Origin: an uncultured delta proteobacterium
GTDB taxonomy: Bacteria; Myxococcota_A; Polyangia; Polyangiales; Polyangiaceae
DNA length: 64,000 nt
Direction: 5' to 3'
NCBI GenBank assembly: GCA_963841435.1
Contig: CAWJCS010000003.1
Span: 96,001 to 160,000, forward strand
The notes beneath the pieces were generated by a model that ran no database searches, was not told the DNA's origin, and saw nothing but the letters and a program-made list of their open reading frames with translations. Below are positions 31,187-42,170 of the stretch, one piece after another; position 1 is the stretch's first letter; the number at the start of each line of letters is the position of its first letter. A program made the position numbers and the translations under genes.

Positions 31187-32935
31187 ACCGCCTCGACGCG
31201 CCGCGCGAAGCCCGAAAGCAGCGTGAGCCCGAGCTGCCCGAAGCGCGCCGCCGGCGCCGGCGGTTGTCCACCGTGTGGCTCGTGCCGATCGCGGCGCTCG
31301 GGCTCGTCGCGTACCTCGCCTACAGTTGGTTTTCCACGCGGGGCCCCGAGATCACCATCACGTTCGAGACGGCGGACGGCCTCGCCGCGCAGCAAACCGA
31401 GGTTCGCTACAAGGCCGTCGCGCTCGGGCTCGTCGAGTCGATCAGGCTGAGCGACGACGCGTCTCACGTCGTCGCCACGGTGCGGATGAACGAGGAGGCG
31501 GAGGACCTGCTCACCGATCATGCTCGCTTCTGGGTCGTTCGACCGCGCCTCAACGGGGGCCCACAAGCGCTGGAGGTCGGTCTCGAAACGCTGGTCTCCG
31601 GCGCCTACGTCGCGATGGACCCGGGAGCCAAGCGGGGGAAATCCAGCTCGCACTTCAAGGGGCTCGAGAAGCCACCGAGCGTGCGCTCCGACGAGCCGGG
31701 CACCGTGTACTTCGTCGATAGCGCCGACGCCGGCAGCCTGTTCAACCGGCGCTCCCGTGTACTTTCGTGACGTGAGCGTGGGGGAGATCCTAGGGCACGA
31801 GCTTTTGGGTCAGCACGTCAAGCTGCGCGTTTTCTTGCGCGCTCCGTACGATCGCTTGATTTCGGACGACACGCGCTTTTTCGACGCTTCGGGGGCACGC
31901 GTCGTGAACGACGGCGGTGGGCTGCGTCTGGAGCTCACCTCGCTGAGCGCCCTGGCAACGGGCGCGATCTCTTTCTGGACACCTCCGCAAGCATCTTCGG
32001 CGACGCCGCGCGAGCGAGCCGAGGCAGGCCGTGTGTATCACCTGTTCGAGAGTCGCGATGAGGCGGAAGCCGACGCATACGCCCGGTCGCGCGACGCTCG
32101 CCACCTGGTCAGCTACTTCGACGGCTCCGTGGGCGGCCTTCGACCAGGGGCGCCGGTCACGTTGCTCGGTGAGCGACTCGGGGTGGTGACCGACGTCTCG
32201 TTGGTTCCGGATCCCGAGGCGAATCACGATGGGCGCCTCGCCGCCCGCGTCGCCTACGTGATCGACGCGCCGGCCCCGGACGCTCCGCGGAAAAGCTCGC
32301 CGACCGATCTCAGCGACCGGCCGGTTCGGCACCAGGGGACGATTCCGGGTCTCGACGCAGGCCGGATCGGCGCCGTTCTCGAGGCGAGCGATCCGCTGAC
32401 GGGCATGAAGCTGATTTCGCTCGAGTACGCCGAGGGGCCGGCGGGCGACGCACGATATGAGGGCGACGCCCTCGTCCTTCCGGGCCGAACCGCGGATTTT
32501 CAGCAAGCGCTCCGCTCGCTCGGCTCGCTCTCGGATCGCCTGTCACGGATCCCGTTCGAGCGGATCGGAAAGAACCTGGATCGCAGCATGGCGTCGCTCT
32601 CTCACGCGCTGAGCGGTCCCGAGCTCCGCCGCTCGATTGTCCTCCTGCAGTCGACGCTCGAGGAGACGCACGCCCTCGTGAGCGAGGTTCGGACCGGCGT
32701 CAAGCCGACGCTACAGCGGCTACCTGCCATCGCTGAGCACCTCGACCAGGCGGTCGAAGGCGCGCGCGACGCGATCGGCCAGTCGGGATACGGGAGCGAC
32801 TCCACGGTGCAGCGGAACCTCCAGCGCATGCTCGACGAGACGGCCAACGCGGCAAGGAGCTTGCGGCTGCTCGCCGACTTCCTGAATCGCCACCCGGAAG
32901 CCCTCCTGAACGGGCGTTCGACGGAGGCGCCGTGA
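31183..32935 (+). CDS. pqiB: PqiB MCE-domain protein; +1 indel at about 31741
   Basis: WLVPI, GPEITITF, FWVVRP, TLVSGAY. After the extra T the frame continues GAPVYFRDVSVG...SVGGLRPGAPV...HPEALL. Confidence 0.85.
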
Positions 32936-33544
32936 GGCGGGCGGGGTGTCTCGTGCTGACCGCCGCGCTGACGGTGGTCGGCTGCGCGAGCTCGCCCGAG
33001 CCCGATTTTTACGCCCTTTCACCAATGGGAGGCCAAGCGCTGTCGAGCACCGAGCTTCGGGTGGAAGTGCGGCGACCCACGGCGCCGTCGTACCTCGATC
33101 GACCCGAGCTCGTGACCCGCACGAGCTCCGAAGAGCTCGCGCTCGACGAAACGGCGCACTGGGCCGCTCCGCTCGCCGAAATGGTCGGGCGCACGCTCGC
33201 CGAAAACCTGGCGGCGCGCCTGCCACGCGCTGCCGTGTACACGGAGGGCTTCGGCGGAGGGCAGGCGCCGGACCTGGTGATCGACGTTCGAGCTCTGGCG
33301 TTTCGAAACCGTGCGGGGTTCCGGGACGAAGCTCGACGCGACCGTCGCTTTGGGCTGGGCGTCCACTCACGCACCCGCGACGATCGAGCGCTTCACGCTG
33401 AGCGCTCCCGCCGGGACGACGGCCGGCGACCAGGTGCGCGAGCTCAACGCGATGCTCGGCCGGCTCGCCGATGCGGTTGCACGGCTGGTTCTGGCAGGCC
33501 CGGCAGGTGGGCATCGCGCCGCGGCGGCTCGTTCCGGAGACTGA
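32932..33544 (+). CDS. pqiC: PqiC-family lipoprotein; +1 indel at about 33287
   Basis: Lipobox VVGC, FYAL, YLDRPELV, WAAPL. The corrected frame ends ELNAMLGRLADAVA... Confidence 0.8.
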
Positions 33545-33567
33545 CCCGGCATCGTCCGAGCTCGCGT

Positions 33568-33583
33568 CGGCACGAGTCTTGCG
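33568..33583 (+). promoter_or_regulatory. sigma54-type promoter
   Basis: CGGCACG-AGTC-TTGCG before the antiporter gene. Confidence 0.7.
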
Positions 33584-33614
33584 CGTATCGCGCGCTGGAG
33601 ACGGATTCCGACCG

Positions 33615-34820
33615 ATGCAACCCGAGATCGTCCTCGCCTTCGGCATCGTGCTGATCGTCGCCGTGCTCGTCTCGGCTCACGCGCACGAGACCGTGCTGTC
33701 GACGGCCGTCCTGTTTCTCTTGTGCGGATTTCTGGTGGGCGACGGAGCGCTTGGCTGGGTGCACGTGGGAGCGGAGGACGACACCGTGCGGGCGTTCGCC
33801 GAGCTGGCGCTGTTCGCCATCCTCTTCGTCGATGGCGCCGAGCTCAGCATGCGGGAGCTGGGCAAGGCCTGGAGGCTGCCTGGGCGGGCGCTGATCGTCG
33901 GCCTGCCGATCACGCTCGGTCTGATCGCGCTAGCGGGGAAGCTTTTTTTCGGTCTCACCTGGACGGAGGCGATCCTGGTCGGCGCGATCCTGAGCCCCAC
34001 CGACCCCGTGCTCGTCGCGACCATCCTCGGACGAGAAGCGGTCCCCTTGCGCCTCAGGCGCCTGCTGAGCGTCGAGAGCGGCCTCAACGACGGCCTCGCG
34101 TTGCCCATCGTGATGGTGGCGCTCGCCTACGCTGGCCACGAGCGCCCGAGCTTCGTCGAGCTGCTTCTCGACGGTGTTCTCGGCGTCGGCGTGGGCATCG
34201 TCGTCCCACTGGTTTTCTCCTGGCTCGAGGAGCGCTCCGTGTTCGGCGCCGCGCCGGCTTACCGCTCGCTCGCGGGGGTGGCGATTGCATTGGTGCTCTT
34301 CGGCCTCACCCGGGTGCTCGGCCTCAACGAGTTTCTCGCCGCCTTTGCGGGCGGTGTGGCGCTCGCGTCGAACCGACCGGGCTTCGCGCGTGATTTGCGC
34401 CGGTTCGGCGCCCCGCTCGCGGAGATCGGCAAGCTTTCGACCATCTTCCTGTTCGGGTCGCTCCTCAGCGTGCGGATGCTCGCGGCGCCCGGGCCCGCGG
34501 GGCTCGCGTTCGCAGCGGTTGCGCTGCTCGCGGCCCGGCCGGTGGCCCTGTTGCTCGCTCTTCGCGGCGCGGGACTCCAGCGCAAGGAGTGGCTCGCCGC
34601 GGCGTGGTTCGGCCCAAAAGGCTTCGCATCGTTGCTCTACGCGCTCCTGATGCTTCACGCCGGTCTGTCGCGCGGTGAGTTCCTGTTTCAGATCGTCGCG
34701 CTCGTCATCGCGATTTCGATCGCCGCTCACTCCTCGAGCGACGCCCCGCTGGCGCGCGCGTTTCGAACGCGAGAGAGCACCCCTGACGACGGACGAGAGC
34801 ACCGCTCGGTCGCGCCATGA
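33615..34820 (+). CDS. CPA1/NhaP-type cation:proton antiporter
   Basis: ILSPTDPV, VESGLNDG, WFGPKG. Confidence 0.9.
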   Translation: MQPEIVLAFGIVLIVAVLVSAHAHETVLSTAVLFLLCGFLVGDGALGWVHVGAEDDTVRAFAELALFAILFVDGAELSMRELGKAWRLPGRALIVGLPITLGLIALAGKLFFGLTWTEAILVGAILSPTDPVLVATILGREAVPLRLRRLLSVESGLNDGLALPIVMVALAYAGHERPSFVELLLDGVLGVGVGIVVPLVFSWLEERSVFGAAPAYRSLAGVAIALVLFGLTRVLGLNEFLAAFAGGVALASNRPGFARDLRRFGAPLAEIGKLSTIFLFGSLLSVRMLAAPGPAGLAFAAVALLAARPVALLLALRGAGLQRKEWLAAAWFGPKGFASLLYALLMLHAGLSRGEFLFQIVALVIAISIAAHSSSDAPLARAFRTRESTPDDGREHRSVAP

Positions 34821-34936
34821 CGGGACACTCGTCGCTATTTGCCACGGCGTGGCACGTCTGCCTCGTCACGATACCCACGCCGTGTCTCTCTTGCCCCACT
34901 TCGCTTGCCGAGGCGAACACGATACGCCGCTCCGAC

Positions 34937-34952
34937 CGGTACGCCGTTTGCA
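34937..34952 (+). promoter_or_regulatory. sigma54-type promoter
   Basis: CGGTACG-CCGT-TTGCA upstream of actA. Confidence 0.65.
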
Positions 34953-35002
34953 GCCCGTCGCGCGCCAACTCGCAAGCCCCATGTTGCGCAGTTGTCCACC
35001 CG

Positions 35003-35653
35003 ATGAGCGCACCTTTTCCCCCGTGGTCGAACTCCGCAGTACGCATGGGCGCGTTTGCGCTCGTTGGAGTCGGGGTCGCGGGACCGGCCGCGCTGATGGC
35101 CTGGGTGCGAAGCCCGCTGCACACGGGAAAAGGCGAGCCCATCGTGCAGCCCGTTGCCTTCGATCATCGCCATCACGTGCGCGACGACGGCATCGATTGT
35201 CGATATTGCCACTACGACGTCGAGCGCTCGCCCATGGCGGGCGTTCCTGACACAGGGCTTTGCATGAACTGCCACGCGCAGATTTGGACCGATAGCCCAC
35301 TGCTCGAGCCGGTACGAAAGAGCTACTTCGAGAAAGAGCCGATTCGCTGGGAGCGCGTCAACGTGCTCCCCGACTTCGTCTTTTTCAACCATTCGATTCA
35401 CGTGTCCCGGGGCGTCGGCTGCGAGGCGTGCCATGGCCGCGTCGATTTGATGGCGGGAGTTCAGAAGGCGAGCTCGCTCGATATGGATTTCTGCCTCGGG
35501 TGCCACCGTGAGCCGTGGAAGCACCTGAGACCGGCCGACGCCGTCACGCAAATGGGCTACGTGCCGAGCGAGCCGCAAGCCGAGCTCGGCTGGCGACTCC
35601 AGCGCGAGCACCACATCAACCCTCCCACCTACTGCAGCGGCTGTCACCGCTGA
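35003..35653 (+). CDS. actA: Alternative complex III pentaheme cytochrome c subunit
   Basis: Five CxxCH (CRYCH, CMNCH, CEACH, CLGCH, CSGCH); QPVAFDHRHH; LPDFVFFNHSIH. Confidence 0.92.
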   Translation: MSAPFPPWSNSAVRMGAFALVGVGVAGPAALMAWVRSPLHTGKGEPIVQPVAFDHRHHVRDDGIDCRYCHYDVERSPMAGVPDTGLCMNCHAQIWTDSPLLEPVRKSYFEKEPIRWERVNVLPDFVFFNHSIHVSRGVGCEACHGRVDLMAGVQKASSLDMDFCLGCHREPWKHLRPADAVTQMGYVPSEPQAELGWRLQREHHINPPTYCSGCHR

Positions 35654-35663
35654 GGGCGCGACG

Positions 35664-38528
35664 TTGGAACGACTCGTCCCCACCACCGCGCTCACTCGAA
35701 GGCGACTGTTCGCCTACGGTGCAGGGCTCGCCGCGGAGCTCTACGGCTGCAGCAAGCCACCGCCCGAAAAGATCGTGCCGTATGCCGAGCGCCCGCCGGA
35801 GGTGGTGCCGGGAGTCGCGCGCTACTACGCAACCTCGACGTTCCGCGAGGGCTACGCCGTCGGGCTCCTCGCCGAAAGCCACGAGGGCCGCCCGACCAAG
35901 CTCGAAGGGCACCCGCACCACCCGTCGAGCCTCGGCGGACTCTCGTCGCGCGAACAGGCGGCGATCATCGGCTTGTACGATCCCGATCGGGCCCGCGGCA
36001 CATGGAACCGCGGCGCCCCCGCGCCGTACGCGCGGCTTCGAAGAGCACTCGGGCCGGACGGCCAGGAGCGCTGGATGCAGGGGCGGGGCGCGCAGCGTGG
36101 CGACGGGCTTCACGTCTTGATGGAGCCTACATCGTCGCCGCTCGTCGAATGGCTCGTCGGGCGGCTTCGCGATCGGTATCCCGCCGCGTGGATCCACGTC
36201 GCCTCGAGCGCGGGGGTCCCGGCGCGCTGGCTCGCTGCGCGTCAGCTCCTCGGTGAGACGCTGGAGCCGAGGTTCGACCTCGGGAAGGCGGACGTCGTCG
36301 TCGCCCTGGATGCCGACTTCCTCGCCACGATGCCGGCGTCTCTGCGCATGGCGCGCGATTTCGCGAGCGGCCGCGGCGGCGCGACCCCGTCGGCGCGACG
36401 CAATCGCCTGTACGCGATCGAGAGCACCGTGACGCCCACCGGAGCCAGCGCGGACCACCGGCTCGCGGTCCCGGCGGGGCGCGCCGGGGCGCTCACAGCC
36501 GCCCTGTTCCGCGCCGTCGCGGCCTCGGTGGCTCCGGAGCTCCGCGTTGCGGACGCCGCCGGCCGCGCCGCACTTTCGGGGTTCGAGCGCGCGTTCGTCG
36601 AGGCCTGTGCGCGCGATCTCACGAAACATCGCGGCGCGAGCGCCGTGATCGTCGGCGACCGCCAACCGGCGTTCGTCCACGCTCTCGCCCTCGGCATCCA
36701 GGCGCTACTCGACGACTTCGGAAAGACCGTGGAGCTCGTGGAGCCGCCGCTCTTCGGGGCACGCGAGGACGCCTGGTCCAACGCCGGCCTCCTCCAGGCC
36801 CTGGACGCGGGCGCCGTCGACACGTTGCTCGTGCTCGGGGCGAATCCCGCCTACACGTTGCCGCACGACGCGGATTGGTCGCGCCGGGTGCAGAAGGCAC
36901 GCGAGCGGATCCATCTGTCACTCTACGAGAACGAGACGACCAAGGATGCGACCTGGTTCGTCCCGGCGACGCACTTTCTCGAGGAGTGGGGCGACGGCCG
37001 CGCGCACGACGGCACGCTGACGCTCCGCCAGCCGCTCATCCGTCCGCTGTTCGATGGGACGAGCGCGGTCGAGCTGCTCTCGGCGCTCGTCGGCGTCGCG
37101 GACGACGCTCCACGCGCGCTGCTCGAGACATGCCACCGCGTCGCGAGCCGGCACAAGCTCAGCGCCTCGGAGTTCGAGCAGGCGGTGGAGCGCGGATTCG
37201 TCCCGGACACCGCGACGCCGGCGAAGCACGCGGCGATCGACCCGATTTTGCTCTCCGCCCTCGTCGATCGAGAGGATCTCGAGCCCCACGCGGGGATCGA
37301 GATCGACCTGTCGCCCGACCCACGCGTCGGCGAAGGCGACCTCACGAACAATCCCGTGCTGCTGGAGCAGCCAGAGGCCATCAGCAAGCTCGTGTGGGAC
37401 AACGCCGCCCTCGTCTCGCCCGTGCTCGCTCGCACGCTGGGAGTCGAGACGGGTGACGTGCTCGCGATCGACGCCGCTGGAGAGCGCGTCGAGCTCCCTG
37501 CGTTCGTCCAGCCGGGCCAGCCGGAGCGGAGCATCGGCTGCTGGCTCGGGTATGGGCGGAGCGGTAGCGAGCGCATCGCCGCGGGCGTCGGTGTGAACGT
37601 GTCACGCCTCAGAACGCGGGCATCACCCTTCGTCACGCGCGATGTGACCGTTGAGAAGACGGGGCGGCGCGTCGAGCTCGTCTCGACCCAGCGCGACGCC
37701 GAGCAACACGACCGCCCGCTCGCGCTGCGCTCGACGCGCGCCAGCTGGCGGGCGAACCCCGAGCTCGAGAGCGAGCCGCCGAGCATCCTTCCCGAGCGAC
37801 TCCACGGCTCGCCGCAATGGGGCATGTCGATCGACCTCGACAAGTGCACGGGCTGCAGCGCCTGCGTCGTCGCCTGTCAGATCGAAAACAACGTGCCCGT
37901 CGTCGGAAAGCCTCAGGTCGGGCTGGGTCGCGAGATGCACTGGATCAGGATCGATCGGTACTATGAAGGACAACGGTCGCCGCGCATCGATCTCCAACCG
38001 ATGGCGTGCCAGCACTGCGAGAAGGCGCCCTGCGAGTACGTCTGCCCCGTCAACGCGACGGTGCACAGCCCCGACGGGCTGAACGAGATGGTTTACAACC
38101 GCTGCGTCGGCACGCGTTTTTGCTCCAACAATTGCCCCTACAAAGTCCGGCGTTTCAACTTCTACAACTACAACCAATCACCGGACGAGATCGAGAAGCT
38201 CGAAAAGAACCCCGACGTGACCGTGCGCGGGCGGGGCATCATGGAAAAGTGCACGTACTGCGTGCAACGTATCCGACGCGCAGAGATCGACGCGAAGGTT
38301 GCTGGCCGGCCGCTTCGCGACGGCGATGTCGTGACGGCGTGTCAGGCAACGTGCCCCACCGGAGCCATCGTCTTCGGTTCGGTTTCCGAAAGCGAGTCGG
38401 CGGTGTCGCGCTCACTCGATACGAGCCGTGCCTATTCGGTGCTCGGCGACATCGGCACGCGTCCCCGCACGCGCTACCTCGCCCGGATAGACAACCCGAA
38501 CCCGGACCTCGTCGATGGTTCCGGCTGA
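35664..38528 (+). CDS. actB: Alternative complex III ActB (molybdopterin-oxidoreductase-like fold + Fe-S domain)
   Basis: TRRRLF Tat-like signal and LYGC; EGRPTKLEG; CTGCSACVVAC, CQHCEKAPC, CVGTRFCSNNCPY, CTYC..CQATCP. Confidence 0.92.
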   Translation: MERLVPTTALTRRRLFAYGAGLAAELYGCSKPPPEKIVPYAERPPEVVPGVARYYATSTFREGYAVGLLAESHEGRPTKLEGHPHHPSSLGGLSSREQAAIIGLYDPDRARGTWNRGAPAPYARLRRALGPDGQERWMQGRGAQRGDGLHVLMEPTSSPLVEWLVGRLRDRYPAAWIHVASSAGVPARWLAARQLLGETLEPRFDLGKADVVVALDADFLATMPASLRMARDFASGRGGATPSARRNRLYAIESTVTPTGASADHRLAVPAGRAGALTAALFRAVAASVAPELRVADAAGRAALSGFERAFVEACARDLTKHRGASAVIVGDRQPAFVHALALGIQALLDDFGKTVELVEPPLFGAREDAWSNAGLLQALDAGAVDTLLVLGANPAYTLPHDADWSRRVQKARERIHLSLYENETTKDATWFVPATHFLEEWGDGRAHDGTLTLRQPLIRPLFDGTSAVELLSALVGVADDAPRALLETCHRVASRHKLSASEFEQAVERGFVPDTATPAKHAAIDPILLSALVDREDLEPHAGIEIDLSPDPRVGEGDLTNNPVLLEQPEAISKLVWDNAALVSPVLARTLGVETGDVLAIDAAGERVELPAFVQPGQPERSIGCWLGYGRSGSERIAAGVGVNVSRLRTRASPFVTRDVTVEKTGRRVELVSTQRDAEQHDRPLALRSTRASWRANPELESEPPSILPERLHGSPQWGMSIDLDKCTGCSACVVACQIENNVPVVGKPQVGLGREMHWIRIDRYYEGQRSPRIDLQPMACQHCEKAPCEYVCPVNATVHSPDGLNEMVYNRCVGTRFCSNNCPYKVRRFNFYNYNQSPDEIEKLEKNPDVTVRGRGIMEKCTYCVQRIRRAEIDAKVAGRPLRDGDVVTACQATCPTGAIVFGSVSESESAVSRSLDTSRAYSVLGDIGTRPRTRYLARIDNPNPDLVDGSG

Positions 38529-39906
38529 CAACGAGCTCATCGAAGGGCGCTTCACGGACGCGAGCCTAACGGATCGCTTGCTGTCGCCGCTCGCCGTGCG
38601 CTCGAAGGCGTTTCGCCCGCTGTTCGTCGTGCTCGGCCTCGGCGCCCTGATGGAATTTGCGGCCATCGGCTACACGTTCCTCACGGGCATCGGCACCTGG
38701 GGCAACAACATCCCGGTCGCCTGGGCATTCGCGATCACCAACTTCGTCTGGTGGATTGGCATCGGCCACGCGGGCACGTTCATCAGTGCGATTCTCTTGC
38801 TGCTCGAACAGCGCTGGCGCACGTCGCTGAACCGCCTCGCCGAAGGCATGACGCTGTTTGCGCTGGTTCAGGCCGCGACGTTCCCGCTCCTTCACATGGG
38901 GCGGCCGTGGTTCTTCTACTGGCTGATCCCCTACCCGGCCACGATGGGCGTCTGGCCGCAGTTCATCAGCACGCTCACCTGGGACGTCGCGGCCGTCACC
39001 ACGTACACCATCGTTTCGGTCCTGTTCTTTTACCTCGGGCTGATTCCCGATCTCGCAACGGCCCGCGATCGTGCGAGGTCACGCACTCGGCGCACCGTGT
39101 ACGGCCTGTTCGCGCTCGGCTGGCGGGGCTCCGGCAAGCACTGGCGCCATTACCGCAGCGCCCAGCTTTTGCTCGCGGGGCTCGCGACGCCGCTCGTCCT
39201 GTCCGTGCACAGCATCGTCAGCATGGATTTCGCGATCGCCAAGCTGCCCGGCTGGCATTCGCCGATTTTCCCGCCGTACTTCGTCGCGGGCGCGATCTTC
39301 AGCGGCTTTGCGATGGTCATCACGCTGATCGTGCCGCTCAGGCGCTTCTTCCACATGGAGGACGTGATCACGAAGCGGCACCTCGACCTGATGGCCAAGC
39401 TGATGCTGCTGACGGGGCTCATCGTCGCCTACAGCTACGCGAGCGAGCTTTACGTCGCCTGGTACAGCGGCGACCCGTACGAGCGCTGGATGGCCTTTCA
39501 CACCCGCATGCGCGGGCCGTTCGCGTTCGCGTATTGGACCGTCATCGCCTGCAACGTCGTGGCACCGGCGACGCTGTGGTTCCGCGGCGTGCGCACCAAC
39601 GCCTGGTGGCTCTGGGTCGTCTCGCTCGTCGTTCAGGTCGGAATGTGGGGTGAGCGCTTCATGCTGATCGTCACGTCGTTGTCGCAGGATTACCTACCCT
39701 CGAGCTGGGACCTCTACGTCCCCACGGTGATCGACGGCGCCATTCTGTTCGGCACCATCAGCTTCTTTCTCTTCCTTTTCCTCGCGATGCTGCGCTTCGT
39801 ACCGTGGCTGCCGATTGCAGAATCGAAGGAGCTCTTGCAAGAGCTCGAACGAGCACACGCGACTGCTGGAGAGGAGGCAAGCGATGCCGCGACTGCTGTT
39901 GGCTGA
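38515..39906 (+). CDS. actC: Alternative complex III quinol-binding membrane subunit (NrfD/PsrC-like)
   Basis: NFVWWIGIGHAGTFISA, HMGRPW, SVHSIVSMDFA, PPYFVAGAIFSG. Confidence 0.92.
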   Translation: MVPADNELIEGRFTDASLTDRLLSPLAVRSKAFRPLFVVLGLGALMEFAAIGYTFLTGIGTWGNNIPVAWAFAITNFVWWIGIGHAGTFISAILLLLEQRWRTSLNRLAEGMTLFALVQAATFPLLHMGRPWFFYWLIPYPATMGVWPQFISTLTWDVAAVTTYTIVSVLFFYLGLIPDLATARDRARSRTRRTVYGLFALGWRGSGKHWRHYRSAQLLLAGLATPLVLSVHSIVSMDFAIAKLPGWHSPIFPPYFVAGAIFSGFAMVITLIVPLRRFFHMEDVITKRHLDLMAKLMLLTGLIVAYSYASELYVAWYSGDPYERWMAFHTRMRGPFAFAYWTVIACNVVAPATLWFRGVRTNAWWLWVVSLVVQVGMWGERFMLIVTSLSQDYLPSSWDLYVPTVIDGAILFGTISFFLFLFLAMLRFVPWLPIAESKELLQELERAHATAGEEASDAATAVG

Positions 39907-40417
39907 GTTCGCCGACGAAAAGGCCTGCACTCTCGCCGTGCGGCGCATGCGCGAGGCCGGGCACAGCGAGATCGACGTGTACATGCCATACCCGTCGAAG
40001 CCCATCGAGGAGGCACTCGCTCTGCCGAAGTCGCCCTTGCCGCGCTACGTGCTCGCCGCGGGGCTGCTCGGCGCCGCGCTCGCGTACCTGATCCTCTGGT
40101 GGACCCAGCACGTGGACTATCCCCTCGACGTCGGCAGCCACCCGACGCACTCCTGGCCGGCGTTCATCGCCATCACGTTCGAGACGGCGGTGTTGTTCGC
40201 GTCACTGACGGCGTTTTTCGGTGCGCTCGCGCTCTGTCGCCTGCCGAAGCTCTACCACCCGGCGTTCAACGTCGAGGGGTTCGAGCGTGCGTCCGTCGAT
40301 CGCTTCTTTTTGACCCTCGTCCTCGAGCCGGAAGCCGAGGAGCGCGAACGGAGCGCGCTCGCCGAGCTCGGCCCGCTTCGCGTCGAGGGCGTCGACGCCC
40401 CGCCGGAGGGCACGTGA
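39884..40417 (+). CDS. actD: Alternative complex III ActD (DUF3341)
   Basis: DVYMPYP, YPLDVG, SWPAFIAITFE. Confidence 0.88.
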   Translation: MPRLLLAEFADEKACTLAVRRMREAGHSEIDVYMPYPSKPIEEALALPKSPLPRYVLAAGLLGAALAYLILWWTQHVDYPLDVGSHPTHSWPAFIAITFETAVLFASLTAFFGALALCRLPKLYHPAFNVEGFERASVDRFFLTLVLEPEAEERERSALAELGPLRVEGVDAPPEGT

Positions 40418-41019
40418 ACGCCGCCTTCGGCTTCGTCCCCCTGGCGCTCTTGCTCGCGAGCTGCCGCTCGGAGCACGTCTTCCGGCGCATCGATCCGAGC
40501 TTCAACCGGATGCAGGTGCAGCCCCGCTCTGATCCGTACGACGAAAGTCGCCTGTTTTCCGACGGGAGCACGATGCGCGCGCCCCCGGAAGGGACGCGGC
40601 CCTACGCGTCCACACCCGCCGATCCTCTCGTTGTCACCGGACGCTGCGGCGCCGCGCCCGTCGATTCGTTACCCGTCCCCTTGACGCGTTCGTTGCTCGA
40701 GCGCGGGCGCGGGCGGTTCGGCGTGTTCTGCGCCCCCTGTCACGGGGTGCTCGGCGACGGCGACAGCGTCGTCGCGACGCACATGGCCCGCCGGCCGCCG
40801 TCGCTCCACGAAGCGCGCATCCGGGCGCTCGCCGACGGCAACGTCTTCGGCGTGGTGACCGACGGGTACGGGTTCATGCCGGGGTATCGAGCGGAGCTGT
40901 CGTCCGAGGACCGCTGGGCCGTGGTCGCCTACGTGCGCGCGCTCGAACGGAGTCGCCACGCGCCCATGGCGGAGCTCCCTCCCGACATCGCCCATGAGGC
41001 CGAACGGAGGGCGGAGTGA
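40414..41019 (+). CDS. actE: Alternative complex III monoheme cytochrome c lipoprotein
   Basis: Lipobox LASC, MQVQP, CAPCH, DRWAVVAYVRAL. Confidence 0.88.
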   Translation: MNAAFGFVPLALLLASCRSEHVFRRIDPSFNRMQVQPRSDPYDESRLFSDGSTMRAPPEGTRPYASTPADPLVVTGRCGAAPVDSLPVPLTRSLLERGRGRFGVFCAPCHGVLGDGDSVVATHMARRPPSLHEARIRALADGNVFGVVTDGYGFMPGYRAELSSEDRWAVVAYVRALERSRHAPMAELPPDIAHEAERRAE

Positions 41020-42170
41020 GCCGCCGCACCCTCGTCGCCGGCCTCGTGCTCGCCGGCATCTTCGGCACGCTCACCGCCTGTGGCTGGGTCGTCGCTCCGA
41101 AACAGGCGAGCCACGCCTACCTGTTCGCCTACATGTGCGCGCTCTCGATCGTCATCGGCGCACTGTTCCTGCTGATGATCGGCCACGCGGCGAACGCCAC
41201 GTGGTTCGTCCCGCTGCGGCGCTCGTGCGAGGCAGTCGTCGCGACCCTGCCACTGCTCTGCGTGCTGTTCGTGCCGATTTTGCTCTCCCTCGACAGCCTG
41301 TACCCCTGGACGCACCCCGACACCCTCGACCGGGTGGCGCGGCGCCACGTGCTCGAGAAGCGCGCGCTGCTGAACGAGCCCGCCTTCGCGCTCCGAGCGG
41401 CCGTGCTGTGGGCCGTGTTCTTGGTGCTCGGGGAGCTGTTGCGTCGCTACTCGCTCCGGCAGGATCGGGAGCAGCCCGAGAAGAATCGCACCAAGCTCGT
41501 CGCGCTCGCGGTAGGGGGGCTTCCCGTCCTCGCGCTGACCGTCACGGCCGCCTCCTTCGACTGGCTGATGTCGCTCGAGCCGAGCTTTTACTCCGACATT
41601 TACGGCGTGTACGTGTTCGCAGGCGGGTTCCTCGCGGCGCTCGGCCTGTTCGGCGGCATGACGGTCGTCGCCGCCCGGAGTGGGCACCTGCGCGGCGTCA
41701 CTCCCGAGCACTACTACGCCATCGGCAGGCTCGAGCTAGCGATGGTCATCTTCTGGACGTACATCGCCTGGGCCCAGCTCATGCTGATCTGGGTCGCCGA
41801 TCTGCCGCTCGAGACGAGCTTTTACCTCACGCGGTCGCGTCACGGCTGGCTGTGGGTGGGAGTCGCGCTGGTCGTCGTCCACTTCGCGATTCCCTTCGCC
41901 TTGCTGCTGTTTCGCGAGCTCAAGCGGCGACCGCGCGCGCTCTTCGCGGTGAGTGCGTGGCTGGTCGTGGTCCACGTGCTCGACCTCTACTACCTGGTCG
42001 CACCCGCGCTGGAGCCGAAGCATCCGGCTCCGTCGCTCCTGGATCTCAGCGCGCTGCTTGCCGTGGCCGGCGCGTGCATGGCGTTCGCTGCGCTGCGCGC
42101 GCGCGGTGTGGCTGCCGCACCCGAGAACGACCCGCTGTTCCGCGCGGGTCTCGAATACGAGCCGCCATGA
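41016..42170 (+). CDS. actF: Alternative complex III ActF membrane subunit
   Basis: LYPW, DWLMSLEPSFYS, FWTYIAWAQLMLIW. Confidence 0.88.
   Translation: MSRRTLVAGLVLAGIFGTLTACGWVVAPKQASHAYLFAYMCALSIVIGALFLLMIGHAANATWFVPLRRSCEAVVATLPLLCVLFVPILLSLDSLYPWTHPDTLDRVARRHVLEKRALLNEPAFALRAAVLWAVFLVLGELLRRYSLRQDREQPEKNRTKLVALAVGGLPVLALTVTAASFDWLMSLEPSFYSDIYGVYVFAGGFLAALGLFGGMTVVAARSGHLRGVTPEHYYAIGRLELAMVIFWTYIAWAQLMLIWVADLPLETSFYLTRSRHGWLWVGVALVVVHFAIPFALLLFRELKRRPRALFAVSAWLVVVHVLDLYYLVAPALEPKHPAPSLLDLSALLAVAGACMAFAALRARGVAAAPENDPLFRAGLEYEPP

Noticed and set aside
35664-38528. Active molybdoenzyme (nitrate/DMSO reductase type)
   Set aside because: The actACDEF context identifies it as ActB, whose molybdopterin-like domain is known to lack the cofactor.
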